Positions 52,772 to 63,307 of a stretch of DNA of 64,000 nucleotides are shown one piece after another. The position numbers and the translations under genes are program-made. Position 1 is the stretch's first letter. Each line of letters opens with the position of its first letter. Location: positions 32,001 to 96,000 of the IMG/VR virus record IMGVR_UViG_3300030685_000017; one strand, given 5' to 3'. Below the pieces are notes generated by a model that saw only the letters and a program-made list of their open reading frames with translations, did no database searches and had not been told where the DNA came from. The DNA is from a virus.

Positions 52772-53950
52772 ATGGCTGACTTTGCATCAAATTATTTAGA
52801 TAAAGATGTTATTTTAGAAACTTTAATCGAACAAGATATTATTAATATTGTAAGAGATTTAGGCTCAGGTATGCCAAGAAGAGATAGTAAGGGTAATTTA
52901 GTTTTTCAAACTATATGCCACAATATTCCAAATACAAAGAATTCATGGAAATTATATTATTACTTTCCAGATAAAGAACATAAATATGGAAATTTCTTCT
53001 GCTATTCTAAATGCCATGATTCTTTTAATATTATAGAGTTATGTATACGAGCAAAAAGAACTCAAGGAGTAACTTTCACTTGGTATCAAGCTTTACATTA
53101 TATTGCTCGATTAAGTAATAAATTAGATTGTAAGATTTCAAATTTACCAGAACAGAAACAATTAACTAATCCAGATTTTGAATGGATAAATAAGCTTAAT
53201 AGTTTATCTATAAAATCTATTACAATACCTGAATTTAAACCCTTAAATGAAGAATTACTAGAAATTTTTTGTTATGTTCCACATGAGACGTGGCTTAAAG
53301 ACCACATTAGTAGAGAAGCTATGAGTAGATATGAAATATCATATTATGGCTTAAATAATAGCATTATTATTCCACACAGAGACAGACATAACCAACTTAT
53401 AGGTGTACGTCAGAGATTTCTCGACGCAGAAGATGTAGAGACTCTTGGAAAATATATGCCATTACAATTAAATGGAAAATTTCTAGCACATTCTTTGGGT
53501 AACAATTTATATGGTATTAATGTAACACAAAACAAAATTAAGTCATGTAAGAAATGTCTCTTAGTTGAATCTGAAAAAGGTTGTATGCAAGTTTATTCTT
53601 ATTTTGGAGAAGATGCTTTTGCGTTAGCAGTATGTGGAAGTCATTTAAGTCAAGTACAGATTAATTTGTTATTACAATATTTACAAGTCAGCGAAGTAAT
53701 AATTGGATTTGATAAAGAATATCACGATTTACATTCATATGAAGCAGAACTTTATTATAATAATTTATTAAAAATTATCGCTCCTCTTGTAAATATAGTA
53801 AAAGTAACTATGTTAATTGATTCACATAATTTATTAAATTTTAAAGATTCTCCTACAGATCAAGGAAAAGAGATATTATTACAATTATTGGAAGAAAAGA
53901 TAACTATTACACCCGCAGAAGTACAACGAGTGATGGGAGAATTAACATGA
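52772..53950 (+). CDS. DNA primase
   Basis: TICHN..CYSKC Zn-binding domain; IIIPH..GVR; VESEKG; GFDKE TOPRIM. Confidence 0.88.
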   Translation: MADFASNYLDKDVILETLIEQDIINIVRDLGSGMPRRDSKGNLVFQTICHNIPNTKNSWKLYYYFPDKEHKYGNFFCYSKCHDSFNIIELCIRAKRTQGVTFTWYQALHYIARLSNKLDCKISNLPEQKQLTNPDFEWINKLNSLSIKSITIPEFKPLNEELLEIFCYVPHETWLKDHISREAMSRYEISYYGLNNSIIIPHRDRHNQLIGVRQRFLDAEDVETLGKYMPLQLNGKFLAHSLGNNLYGINVTQNKIKSCKKCLLVESEKGCMQVYSYFGEDAFALAVCGSHLSQVQINLLLQYLQVSEVIIGFDKEYHDLHSYEAELYYNNLLKIIAPLVNIVKVTMLIDSHNLLNFKDSPTDQGKEILLQLLEEKITITPAEVQRVMGELT

Positions 53951-54165
53951 AAGATAAATATTTAGATATACGTCAAGAGCAGAATTATGAATTTGTATTG
54001 ATAGATGGAAATAAAGAAATTAAAGGTACTAAAATAGCTTCTTCTTTAGTAGAAGCTAGAGTAAGTGTATTGAATGGCGATTACGATACAATTATTGAAG
54101 AAAAAATTTTAAACGCTAATACAAAAAAAAAGCGAATAAAAACTATTGTAGTAGTAGATTATTAA
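53947..54165 (+). CDS. Hypothetical protein
   Basis: Coupled ORF. Confidence 0.55.
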   Translation: MKDKYLDIRQEQNYEFVLIDGNKEIKGTKIASSLVEARVSVLNGDYDTIIEEKILNANTKKKRIKTIVVVDY

Positions 54166-55146
54166 TTGGAATTATTATTTTCTAAAGTAAGACTTTACAA
54201 TCGCCAAGAAGATTCAAAATTACCAACATTTTCTTATAGTAAAATAGATGTATATAAGAAGTGTCCTTTTCGATATAAATTGCTTTATATTGAAAATAGA
54301 AGAGATATAATGAGAGACACTTTACCCACAGAAATGGGTACTCTATGTCACTATATCTTAGAATCAAAAGGAAAAAGTATATTAAATAATGAAACAATTA
54401 ATACTGATAATTTATTTAATACGCTAGAACAAGGATATATACCAGAAATTAATTTAAAAGATGGTAGTGTAAAAACTTCTGAAACTGTAAACGGACTAAA
54501 AATTCTACGAGAGAAATATGGTGGAGAATATTATTTACCCGATAAAAATGGTTTAACTTATGATAATAAAATTTCTTTATTTAAAGAAGTTATTGTAAGT
54601 GAAATGGAAGATGATACATGGAAGCCATTGGCTTTAGAACAAAACTTTGATATCGTATATGATGAACGAATTCATTTACATGGTTTTATTGATCGTATAG
54701 ATATTAATGTAGAAACCGGTGAATTAAGAGTGCTAGATTATAAAACAAGTAAAACTGTATTTCCACAAACGGATTTACCAACTCCTTTACAACTTGGAAT
54801 TTATGCTCTTGCATGTTATGCAATCTATAATAAAGTACCAATAAATTATATTTATCGTTTTATTTTAATTAATCAAACGCAATATGGTTTAACGAAAGGT
54901 TGGGAAAAAAGATTAGATAAAGCACTCACTAATGTATTAGATAAAATTGAAGAAAGTATGACTACAAATTTTTGGAAAACTTGCCCTACACCTTTATGTC
55001 ATTGGTGTGAGTATAGTTCAACAAATCCCCAACAAGGTAAATATAGTAGTAATTGTTTAGACCATTCCGAATGGACACCTACAAATACACAACCAATTAA
55101 ATCTGCGCCTGTAATAAATTCTGACAGAAAATTAATATTTTGGTAA
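54166..55146 (+). CDS. PD-(D/E)XK RecB/Cas4-like nuclease
   Basis: SYS..CP, GFIDRID, VLDYKT, QLGIY, CHWC..C Fe-S cysteines. Confidence 0.88.
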   Translation: MELLFSKVRLYNRQEDSKLPTFSYSKIDVYKKCPFRYKLLYIENRRDIMRDTLPTEMGTLCHYILESKGKSILNNETINTDNLFNTLEQGYIPEINLKDGSVKTSETVNGLKILREKYGGEYYLPDKNGLTYDNKISLFKEVIVSEMEDDTWKPLALEQNFDIVYDERIHLHGFIDRIDINVETGELRVLDYKTSKTVFPQTDLPTPLQLGIYALACYAIYNKVPINYIYRFILINQTQYGLTKGWEKRLDKALTNVLDKIEESMTTNFWKTCPTPLCHWCEYSSTNPQQGKYSSNCLDHSEWTPTNTQPIKSAPVINSDRKLIFW

Positions 55147-55152
55147 AAAGTG

Positions 55153-55192
55153 TTGACTTTATTGTAAAAGTATGTTAAAATAAACTTACAAA
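55153..55192 (+). promoter_or_regulatory. sigmaA promoter driving the ncRNA cluster and dnaE
   Basis: TTGACT-17-TAAAAT, then AAACTTACAAAA. Confidence 0.78.
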
Positions 55193-55209
55193 AACAAAGA
55201 AGAAAACAC

Positions 55210-55254
55210 GTAGCCACTAAGGTAAAGTATCGGTTCGAATCCGATAGTGGCTAT
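55210..55254 (+). ncRNA. tRNA minihelix-like element (acceptor stem plus T-arm)
   Basis: TAGCCACT/AGTGGCTA; ATCGG-TTCGAAT-CCGAT. Confidence 0.6.
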
Positions 55255-55950
55255 CGAAGATCTATAATGATCTTCGTTATTCTACCTCCTTCCTTATATA
55301 GTAGGAATTATCGCAGACGATTTGTATATGTCGGTACAAGTTGGAGCAACACCATCAATTCCTATTCTTACGTAATAGTCAATGCAAGAATTGAATAATA
55401 TCGCACTAAAAACCGTTTGTTTTGTAATTAACGATAATTTCTTCAAGCAAAATAAAAAGATAGGTTTTTATACCAAATTTATCGTTAATTACCATTTACT
55501 ACAGACATATTTCTGTTTATATATAATGTTATTATTACGTAAGAATAGAAGTTGTTTTTATATAATCATAAGGAGGAAAAATGGGAGTAATACATTTCTT
55601 GGTTCCTGATGACATTAAGTGCAATTATATAGATGCTTGTAGTAAGTATTCTTATTTTAAATGTATGCATTGTCGAAATAATAAAGTAGTTGTAGAACAA
55701 TATATAGAAAAAAGGAAACGTAAAAAATATAATTATTTTTCAAACATAAAATTATAATAGAATAAAAGGTTGATAGATCCACTAAACTATCGACGGTATA
55801 GCATATGCCATTAGACGAGGAAACTCATATGCTAGTTGTACTGGCAACTATAAAACTTTGTACATACTTTACGAAATAGTTGATTTCGCAAAAAAAGTGA
55901 AATGCTTTTCATTGGGTGGCAAGCACCTAAATAAACCAGTATCATAGTTA

Positions 55951-56023
55951 GGTGTCCAATTATTTCAACAGGCAAGATAATCACATGTGATTGGTTATAG
56001 GTTCGAACCCTATATTGGACATT
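55951..56023 (+). ncRNA. tRNA-like element with the anticodon loop deleted
   Basis: GTCCAAT/ATTGGAC; AATCAC-AT-GTGATT; ATAGG-TTCGAAC-CCTAT. Confidence 0.6.
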
Positions 56024-56088
56024 AATTTTTTAAAGCGGGGGAGTATTTGAATAAAATACTCCCCCATATTATATAAAGGAGAATTAAT

Positions 56089-59000
56089 ATGGGATTTTCA
56101 GGAATGCATAATCATTCAGTACATTCTAATTATAGATTACGTGATGCACTTGGGAAAGTGCCAGATATTATAGAACGTGCACATGAATTAAAATATAAAG
56201 GAATTGCCTTTACAGAACATGAATGTATCACATCATCACTAGAAGCTAATAAATTTTATTATGCCCATAAAGATTTACCAGAGTGGGAAGGATTTAAAGT
56301 TATTCTTGGTAATGAAATTTATTTATGTCCAAGTAGTGTTACATCTGAAAATAAAAAAGAAAACATTTATCCTCATTTTATATTATTAGCTAAGGATGAA
56401 ATTGGTCATAGACAAATAAGACAACTATCAACTATAGCGTGGTCACATTCTTTTATGGATATTATGATGCGTGTACCAACATATTATACTGATTTAGAAG
56501 AGATTATATTGCCAGAACAAGGGCATATAGTTGGATCTAGTGCTTGTCTTGGTTCTAGTATAGCAAGACGAATTTTACAATTACCAGAACATCCAGAATA
56601 TTATGAATCTTGCCTTGAATGGTGTACTTATATTAATAGTATTTTTGGTCAAGGAAATTTCTTCTTGGAAATGCAACCTAGTAATAATGAAGATCAAATC
56701 TATGTAAATAAAATATTATTAAAAATATCACAAGAATTAAATATTCCATTTATTGTGACTACTGATACTCATTATATTAGAAAAGAAGATCAGAAAATAC
56801 ATAAAATATTTTTAAATTCTCAAGATGGAGATCGAGAAGTAGATAGCTTTTATGCAAGTACTTATATGATGTCAGAACAAGAAATTCATGAATATATGGA
56901 TGAATCATTATCTTACGATATTGTGCGACAAGCTATAGATAATACAGATTTAATTTATGATATGATAACAGAATATAATTTGGAAAAACCCTTACATATT
57001 CCATATCTACCTAAAGATTTAACTGAACCAAATCAATTCTCATTAGATAAATGGAAAAAACAGATACCTCTATTTGAATACTTTTTTTATTCTAAAACTA
57101 GTAGTGATAGACATATGGCTAGGGAATTACTTAAACATTTAGATGATGATATAGATTATCAAAATGAGCAAGGTTTTAAATCTATTTCAGAATGCCTAGA
57201 AGCTATAAAATTATCATCGGAAAAGATGAATGTGCACTGGTCAGCGTATCTAATGCAATTACGTGATTATATTAAGATTGCATGGGATTGTGATACACTA
57301 GTTGGAGTTGGAAGAGGATCTGGTGTTGGTTTTTGTTTATTACATATGTTAGATATTACTCAAATTAATCCATTAAAGGAAAATACAAAAACTTTTTATT
57401 GGAGATTTATGAATCCTTATCGTACTTCTGTACTTGATATTGATACAGATATCCAATCAAATAGAAGAGATAAAGTAATTGAAGGACTAAAACAAGCTTA
57501 CGGAGAAGATAGAGTCTCTAAGGTCATGACAATAAGTACAGAGGGTACTCGTAGTGCTATTCTTACTGCCGCTAGGGGTCTTGGTATAGACAATGATGAA
57601 GCTCAATATATTGCATCATTAGTAGTTGCAGATAGAGGTCAATCTAGGACTTTAAAACAAATGTATTATGGTGATGAAGAAAATGATTATAAGCCAGTAT
57701 ATGACTTCATTAAAGAAATGAACGATCATCCTGATCTATGGGATGCCGCTCAAAAAATTGAAGGTGTAATAAATGGAGTAGGAAGTCACGCAGGGGGAGT
57801 AGTTATTGTAGACGAACCATTTTATAATTCTACTGCTTTAATGAAAACAAGTAGTGGTGATGTTATTACTCAATTTGATTTACATTCATTAGAAGATGTT
57901 AGTCTTATTAAAATTGATTTATTATGTATAGAAGCTCTTGATAAAATTAGAGCTGAATTAGATTTATTATTAAAAGATAAAGTAATACAATGGCAAGGTT
58001 CTTTAAAAGATACCTATGAAAATTATTTGGGAGTATATAAAATTGAACGTAATAATACAGATATGTGGAATTGCTTATTACAACATAAAGTTTTTTCATT
58101 TTTTCAAATGGAAAAAGATTCTGGGTATAAAGCAATATCTATTGGTCAGCCACAAAGCGTAGATGATTTAGCCGCTATTAATACTGTTATGAGACTTATG
58201 CCACAAAGTAAAAATGATATTGCGCCTATTGATAAATTTGGTAAATATAAAGCTAATATAGATTTATGGTATGAAGAAATGCATAAAGCTGGATTAACAT
58301 CAAAAGAGCAAAAATTACTTGAACCTATATTGGTTAGTTCTTATGGAGTATGTCAATCTCAAGAACAAATGATGCAAGTTGTACAAGTGCCCGAATGTGG
58401 TGGATTTGATTTAGTTTGGGCAGACAGTCTTAGAAAATCTGTAGCAAAGAAAAATCCAAAAGCTTTTAATAAACTTGAAGAAGAATATTTAACTACAGTA
58501 AAAGAAAAAGGACTATCTCAAAATTTATGTAAATATGTATGGTATACACTTATTTATGGTCTTAGAGGATATGGATTTCCTGCCAGTCATGGATTAGCAT
58601 ATAGTATGATAGGATTACAAGAACTTAATTTATATTATCATTACAATCCAATCTATTGGACTTGTGCGAATTTAATCGTAGACTCTGGTTCTAGTGATGA
58701 AAATACAGAAAATAAATCTACTAATTATGGTAAAATAGCTATCGCCGTAAATACGATTAAAAAGACGGGAGTTACTATAGCTAATCCATTAATTAATAGT
58801 GCTAAATTCGGCTATATACCCGATATTAAGAACAATCGTATTATTGTGGGGTTAAAGGCAATTAATGGCATAGGAGACGATATAGCGCAGTCTTTAATAG
58901 TCAATGCGCCTTATACTTCTTTTCAGGACTTTTGTATTCGTATGATTGATACAAAAATTGTGTCCAATTCTCAAATGATTGCTTTAATAAAAGCAGGATG

Positions 59001-60012
59001 TTTTCTTGAACTTGATAGTGTAGATCGTATGAAGACTATGTCATATTATATTAATACTTATTTATTTTCTAATACAACTAAATTAACTATGTCTCAATTT
59101 GCTAAAATCCAAGAATTTAATTTAATACCTTTAAAATTACAAGAAATTGTTAAGATTAATAATTTTAAAGATTATGTATTAAACGAAGATGGATTTATAA
59201 AGACAATAATAGAACCAAATAAAAAAATTATTCCTAAATGTGGTTATCATGATAGGTGTTTTTCATTAGATCATAATTCTCAAGCATTCTTTCAAAAACA
59301 TTTTTCAGAAGAAAGTGTAATTGGAATTGAAAAAGGTTTTTATTTAATTTCTGAAAAGAAATTTTTAAAAGAACTTAATTTAAAATTACAACCCCTAAGA
59401 GATTGGTTTGAACAAGAAGAAACTTTAAATTTATATAATCAAGCCATGTTCGATAATATCTTTATGGAAAAAGTTAAAAGTAATAATGTAAATAAATGGT
59501 CTATGGATGTGTTAACTTATTATGACAATGATCATGAATTAAAAGACATTAATAATCAAAAATATGATATTATTAATTTTACAGAACAACCAGAAATTCC
59601 AGAAATGTATGATAGTTATAGCAAATATATTAACGGAGTAAGACATATATTTCCTAAAAAAACAATTCATAGAATTGCTGGAACTGTTATTTCAAGTGAT
59701 AATAATCATGCACAAATTACTCTTTTAACAGTATACGGTGTAATAAATGTAAAACTTAATAAAGGTCAATATGCTTATTATGGAAAACGTATTTCGAAAA
59801 CTGATAAATCTACAGGAAAGAAACACGTTATGGATGAAAGTTGGTTTAAGCGTGGTACTTTATTATTGGTGTGTGGATATAGAGAAGAAGCTATTTTTAG
59901 AGCATATCGTTATAATGACACAGTATTTACACATACAGTTAATAAAATTATAGAAATTAATAAAAATCATGAACTAATAATAATAAACGAGAGGGGTGAT
60001 ACCGGTGAGTAA
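56089..60012 (+). CDS. dnaE: DNA polymerase III alpha subunit
   Basis: PHP domain HNHS..S, GRGSG, LDIDTD, HAGGV, KIDLL, YGF..SH. Confidence 0.95.
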   Translation: MGFSGMHNHSVHSNYRLRDALGKVPDIIERAHELKYKGIAFTEHECITSSLEANKFYYAHKDLPEWEGFKVILGNEIYLCPSSVTSENKKENIYPHFILLAKDEIGHRQIRQLSTIAWSHSFMDIMMRVPTYYTDLEEIILPEQGHIVGSSACLGSSIARRILQLPEHPEYYESCLEWCTYINSIFGQGNFFLEMQPSNNEDQIYVNKILLKISQELNIPFIVTTDTHYIRKEDQKIHKIFLNSQDGDREVDSFYASTYMMSEQEIHEYMDESLSYDIVRQAIDNTDLIYDMITEYNLEKPLHIPYLPKDLTEPNQFSLDKWKKQIPLFEYFFYSKTSSDRHMARELLKHLDDDIDYQNEQGFKSISECLEAIKLSSEKMNVHWSAYLMQLRDYIKIAWDCDTLVGVGRGSGVGFCLLHMLDITQINPLKENTKTFYWRFMNPYRTSVLDIDTDIQSNRRDKVIEGLKQAYGEDRVSKVMTISTEGTRSAILTAARGLGIDNDEAQYIASLVVADRGQSRTLKQMYYGDEENDYKPVYDFIKEMNDHPDLWDAAQKIEGVINGVGSHAGGVVIVDEPFYNSTALMKTSSGDVITQFDLHSLEDVSLIKIDLLCIEALDKIRAELDLLLKDKVIQWQGSLKDTYENYLGVYKIERNNTDMWNCLLQHKVFSFFQMEKDSGYKAISIGQPQSVDDLAAINTVMRLMPQSKNDIAPIDKFGKYKANIDLWYEEMHKAGLTSKEQKLLEPILVSSYGVCQSQEQMMQVVQVPECGGFDLVWADSLRKSVAKKNPKAFNKLEEEYLTTVKEKGLSQNLCKYVWYTLIYGLRGYGFPASHGLAYSMIGLQELNLYYHYNPIYWTCANLIVDSGSSDENTENKSTNYGKIAIAVNTIKKTGVTIANPLINSAKFGYIPDIKNNRIIVGLKAINGIGDDIAQSLIVNAPYTSFQDFCIRMIDTKIVSNSQMIALIKAGCFLELDSVDRMKTMSYYINTYLFSNTTKLTMSQFAKIQEFNLIPLKLQEIVKINNFKDYVLNEDGFIKTIIEPNKKIIPKCGYHDRCFSLDHNSQAFFQKHFSEESVIGIEKGFYLISEKKFLKELNLKLQPLRDWFEQEETLNLYNQAMFDNIFMEKVKSNNVNKWSMDVLTYYDNDHELKDINNQKYDIINFTEQPEIPEMYDSYSKYINGVRHIFPKKTIHRIAGTVISSDNNHAQITLLTVYGVINVKLNKGQYAYYGKRISKTDKSTGKKHVMDESWFKRGTLLLVCGYREEAIFRAYRYNDTVFTHTVNKIIEINKNHELIIINERGDTGE

Positions 60013-63000
60013 TCAAATTAATATTTCAGGTACTATTACAAATATTAAATATTATAAAAATAATTTTGGAATTATAGAAGTTGGTATTACTAAAGTATTT
60101 TCCGGTCAACCCTATAGTAGTATTGTTACTTTTGCTGGTAGTATGTTTGATGTAAAAGCAGGATGTTCTTACAGAATTAAAGGAAATTTTTCAGATAATG
60201 AAAAATATGGAAAACAATATAAAATAATTTCTATATCTGATAATTTCATTTTTAATGAAACTGATATCATAGGACAAAAAAAATTCTTATTAAGTGTTTT
60301 TACAGAAGGTCAAGTAGAGTCTTTATATCGTCTTGCTAATCCATTTAAAGCTTTAATGGATAAAGATTTTACAACTTTAGTTACAGCTAAGGGTATAGGA
60401 TTAGCTACCGCAGAAAATATGATAAATAAATTTTATAATCATTTAGATTGTGCAAAAATTTATGTAGAACTAGAACAATATAATTTAACAGATATCATGG
60501 TTGCTAAATTAATGGATACTTATCATTCTGCTGAACTTGTAATTTCAAAAGTTCAAAATAATCCTTATATCTTATGCCAAGAAGTATATGGAGTAGGATG
60601 GAAAAAAGCTGATAGAATTGCTTTAGATGGTGGAATCGTTTATAATGATAAACGAAGAATAGAAACTTTTATTAAAATGTATTTGAATAATTGTGGCAAT
60701 AATGGATATTCTTGGGTTTCTCCGGAAGTCTTATTACAAGATATTATTGAAAATTTAGGAGAAGAAATTACTGACGAAGAAATATCTTCTGTAATACATG
60801 ACTTAGATGAAAGTAAACAATTGCATATTTCAGAAGATAAAACACAAATAGGATTACAAAAATATTTCGATCTTGAAAATGATTTAGCTAAAGAAATGAT
60901 ACGTATTAGAGATGGTAAAAATGAATTTCAATATGATGATTGGGAAACAGATATTAAAAACCTTGAATTAAAACAAGATTGGGAATTTAATAAAGAACAA
61001 CATACCGCAATAGAAACTTTAATTAAAAATAATTTGGTTCTTATTACTGGTATGGCTGGTTGCGTAGATTGTGACACAGAATATTTTAATGGAGAGGTCT
61101 GGAAGAAAATTTCAGAATATCAAAAAGGAGAGAAAATATTAGTATATAATGATGATGATACGTCTGAACTCGTACTTCCTCTTGAATATATTAAAAATAA
61201 AACCAATTCGCTTTTTAAATTCAATAGTATACATCTTAACCAATGTATTAGTTATCATCATAATTTTTTATATAGCAAAGAAGAAGGAGAAAAATTAATA
61301 TCAACCAATATTCTTTCAATTATAGATAAACAAAACCAAGAAGGAAACTTTAAAGGTTATATTAAAACAGGTTTTTATACAAAAGAAAAAGGAATACCAA
61401 TAACAGATGATCAATTAATTGCTTTTGTAATAGGGATGTTGAGTACAGACATTAATAATTATACTTTTTTACCAAAACGATATCCTACTTGTTTTTATAT
61501 TACTATAGGAAATATAGAATTAGCAGAATATTTAAAAGAGACTTTACAACGTATAGATAAAAAATTTATAATGTATAATTACGGTGAAACTCAAAATATG
61601 TCTTGCTTCTCCTATAAAAATATTTTAAAACAATATACATTTGGAAATTGGAGTTATAAATGTAATTTACATCAACTAAATGTTATTTGTGACGTAATAA
61701 TGAGAATGAATGATGTAAAATATATTTCTTCTGAAAAAAAGATTATATCCTTTATAAAAACGGTAAAATGCTATTCAAAAATTAATTTGGATTTTATCCA
61801 ATATGCTTTTTCCGCAACAGGTCATAATGCAACATTTATGTCAGCTGGTATAGGAGATACGGTATTGATATTAGAGGTAAATAATTCTCCTTACATACCA
61901 TTTAATAGAGACTGTAGTTTAGATAAAAGAGAAATATTACAGGAAATACAAGAAGTATATGCTACAGATGGATATGAATATTGTTTTAGAGTACCTAGTG
62001 AAAAATTAATTTTAAGACGCAACCATAAAATTTTTATTACCGGTAATTGTGGTAAAACTTCTACAGTAAATGCTATATTAACTGTATTGGATGGTAATTA
62101 TCCTTTTGCTCAAACTGCATTATCCGGAAGAGCCGCCGCTAAAATGGCAGAAGTCACAGGAGAAGATGGATGTACTATACACCGGTTGCTTGGATCTGAT
62201 TCTAATACTTTTGCATATAATTCTAATAATCAATTACCTTATGATATTATTATCGTAGATGAAATTTCAATGATTGACAGTAAACTATTTTTATATTTAT
62301 TAAGAGCTATAAAAACTGGATCTAAAGTTATTTTACTTGGAGATCACGGACAACTTGAAAGTATAGGTAGTGGAAATGTCGCTTATGATATTTTACACTC
62401 TACAGAAATACCTACTGTTATACTTACAGAAATTTATAGACAAGCGTTAAGTTCTGCAATTATTACAGAGAGTAGAAAAATAAGAAATGGGGTTCAAATT
62501 ATTTCAAAAGATTATTGCGGAATAGAATCTAGGGGAGAAAAAAAGGATTTTATAATAGATTGTTATAATGATAAAACTAATACCTTTTATAAAATTATGC
62601 AACATTTTTCTAAAGAATATATTAAATATGATAATCCATTAGATATTCAAATTTTATCTCCTGTAAAAACAAGAGGAGATGCTAGTATATATAAATTGAA
62701 TATTGCAGTACAACAATTTATACATCCTTTAAATTCAAAAAAAGAACATTTCTTAACCTATTTTGAGGGGGAACCTTATACTATTCAAATTGGAGATAAA
62801 GTAATAAATACAAAAAATAATTATAAAACTAATCCTCCAATTTTTAATGGAAATATTGGTATTGTAGAAGATATTATAAAAGAAGATCAGATACAAGAAG
62901 ATGGAAGTAAAATTCATGTAGACCAAGTTATAATAGACTTTATTGGTATAGGAAGAGTCAAATTAAATAAAGATGCATATAGTGGATTAGTTCTTGGATA

Positions 63001-63250
63001 TGCCATTACTGTACATAAATTTCAAGGATCTAGTGCTAAAGTAGTTATTATTGGTATTGATAGTTCAGCTTTCATGATGCTTTCACGAGAATTATTATAC
63101 ACCGCTATTACTAGAGCAGAAGAAAAATGTATTCTAGTTGCACAAAATAGTGCTTTAAGATATGGTACTTCTAAAGAACAAGTTAATAAAAAACAGACTT
63201 ATTTACAAGAGTGTTTAACTAATGCAACACGAAAAACATTAGATTGGTAA
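60005..63250 (+). CDS. recD2: RecD2-like SF1B helicase containing an intein
   Basis: HhH GIG/GVGWKKADRIA, split Walker A, VDEISM, GDHGQL, YRQ, YAITVHKFQGS, LYTAITRA. Confidence 0.92.
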   Translation: MSNQINISGTITNIKYYKNNFGIIEVGITKVFSGQPYSSIVTFAGSMFDVKAGCSYRIKGNFSDNEKYGKQYKIISISDNFIFNETDIIGQKKFLLSVFTEGQVESLYRLANPFKALMDKDFTTLVTAKGIGLATAENMINKFYNHLDCAKIYVELEQYNLTDIMVAKLMDTYHSAELVISKVQNNPYILCQEVYGVGWKKADRIALDGGIVYNDKRRIETFIKMYLNNCGNNGYSWVSPEVLLQDIIENLGEEITDEEISSVIHDLDESKQLHISEDKTQIGLQKYFDLENDLAKEMIRIRDGKNEFQYDDWETDIKNLELKQDWEFNKEQHTAIETLIKNNLVLITGMAGCVDCDTEYFNGEVWKKISEYQKGEKILVYNDDDTSELVLPLEYIKNKTNSLFKFNSIHLNQCISYHHNFLYSKEEGEKLISTNILSIIDKQNQEGNFKGYIKTGFYTKEKGIPITDDQLIAFVIGMLSTDINNYTFLPKRYPTCFYITIGNIELAEYLKETLQRIDKKFIMYNYGETQNMSCFSYKNILKQYTFGNWSYKCNLHQLNVICDVIMRMNDVKYISSEKKIISFIKTVKCYSKINLDFIQYAFSATGHNATFMSAGIGDTVLILEVNNSPYIPFNRDCSLDKREILQEIQEVYATDGYEYCFRVPSEKLILRRNHKIFITGNCGKTSTVNAILTVLDGNYPFAQTALSGRAAAKMAEVTGEDGCTIHRLLGSDSNTFAYNSNNQLPYDIIIVDEISMIDSKLFLYLLRAIKTGSKVILLGDHGQLESIGSGNVAYDILHSTEIPTVILTEIYRQALSSAIITESRKIRNGVQIISKDYCGIESRGEKKDFIIDCYNDKTNTFYKIMQHFSKEYIKYDNPLDIQILSPVKTRGDASIYKLNIAVQQFIHPLNSKKEHFLTYFEGEPYTIQIGDKVINTKNNYKTNPPIFNGNIGIVEDIIKEDQIQEDGSKIHVDQVIIDFIGIGRVKLNKDAYSGLVLGYAITVHKFQGSSAKVVIIGIDSSAFMMLSRELLYTAITRAEEKCILVAQNSALRYGTSKEQVNKKQTYLQECLTNATRKTLDW
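61061..62047 (+). mobile_element. Intein (329 aa) in the RecD2 Walker A motif
   Basis: GMAG|CVDCDTE ... YCFRVPS..RRN.KIFITGN|CGKT. Confidence 0.9.
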
Positions 63251-63251
63251 T

Positions 63252-63290
63252 TTGACAAATTATTAATTATATGATATAATGGTCTTACAA
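63252..63290 (+). promoter_or_regulatory. Consensus sigmaA promoter
   Basis: TTGACA-17-TATAAT with TG, then GGTCTTACAA. Confidence 0.85.
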
Positions 63291-63307
63291 CAAACGAAAG
63301 GAAAGTT

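Noticed and set aside
54166-55146. Cas4 of a CRISPR-Cas system
   Set aside because: No cas1/cas2 or array; lies within the replication operon
55798-55840. Hammerhead ribozyme
   Set aside because: GACGAG..GAAAC is present but the CUGAnGA core and stem order do not fit
1357-59953. Minus-strand and nested alternative-frame ORFs in the track (e.g. 2880-3152, 21229-21663, 1851-2154)
   Set aside because: Shadows of + strand genes or RNAs, with no RBS or recognisable motifs
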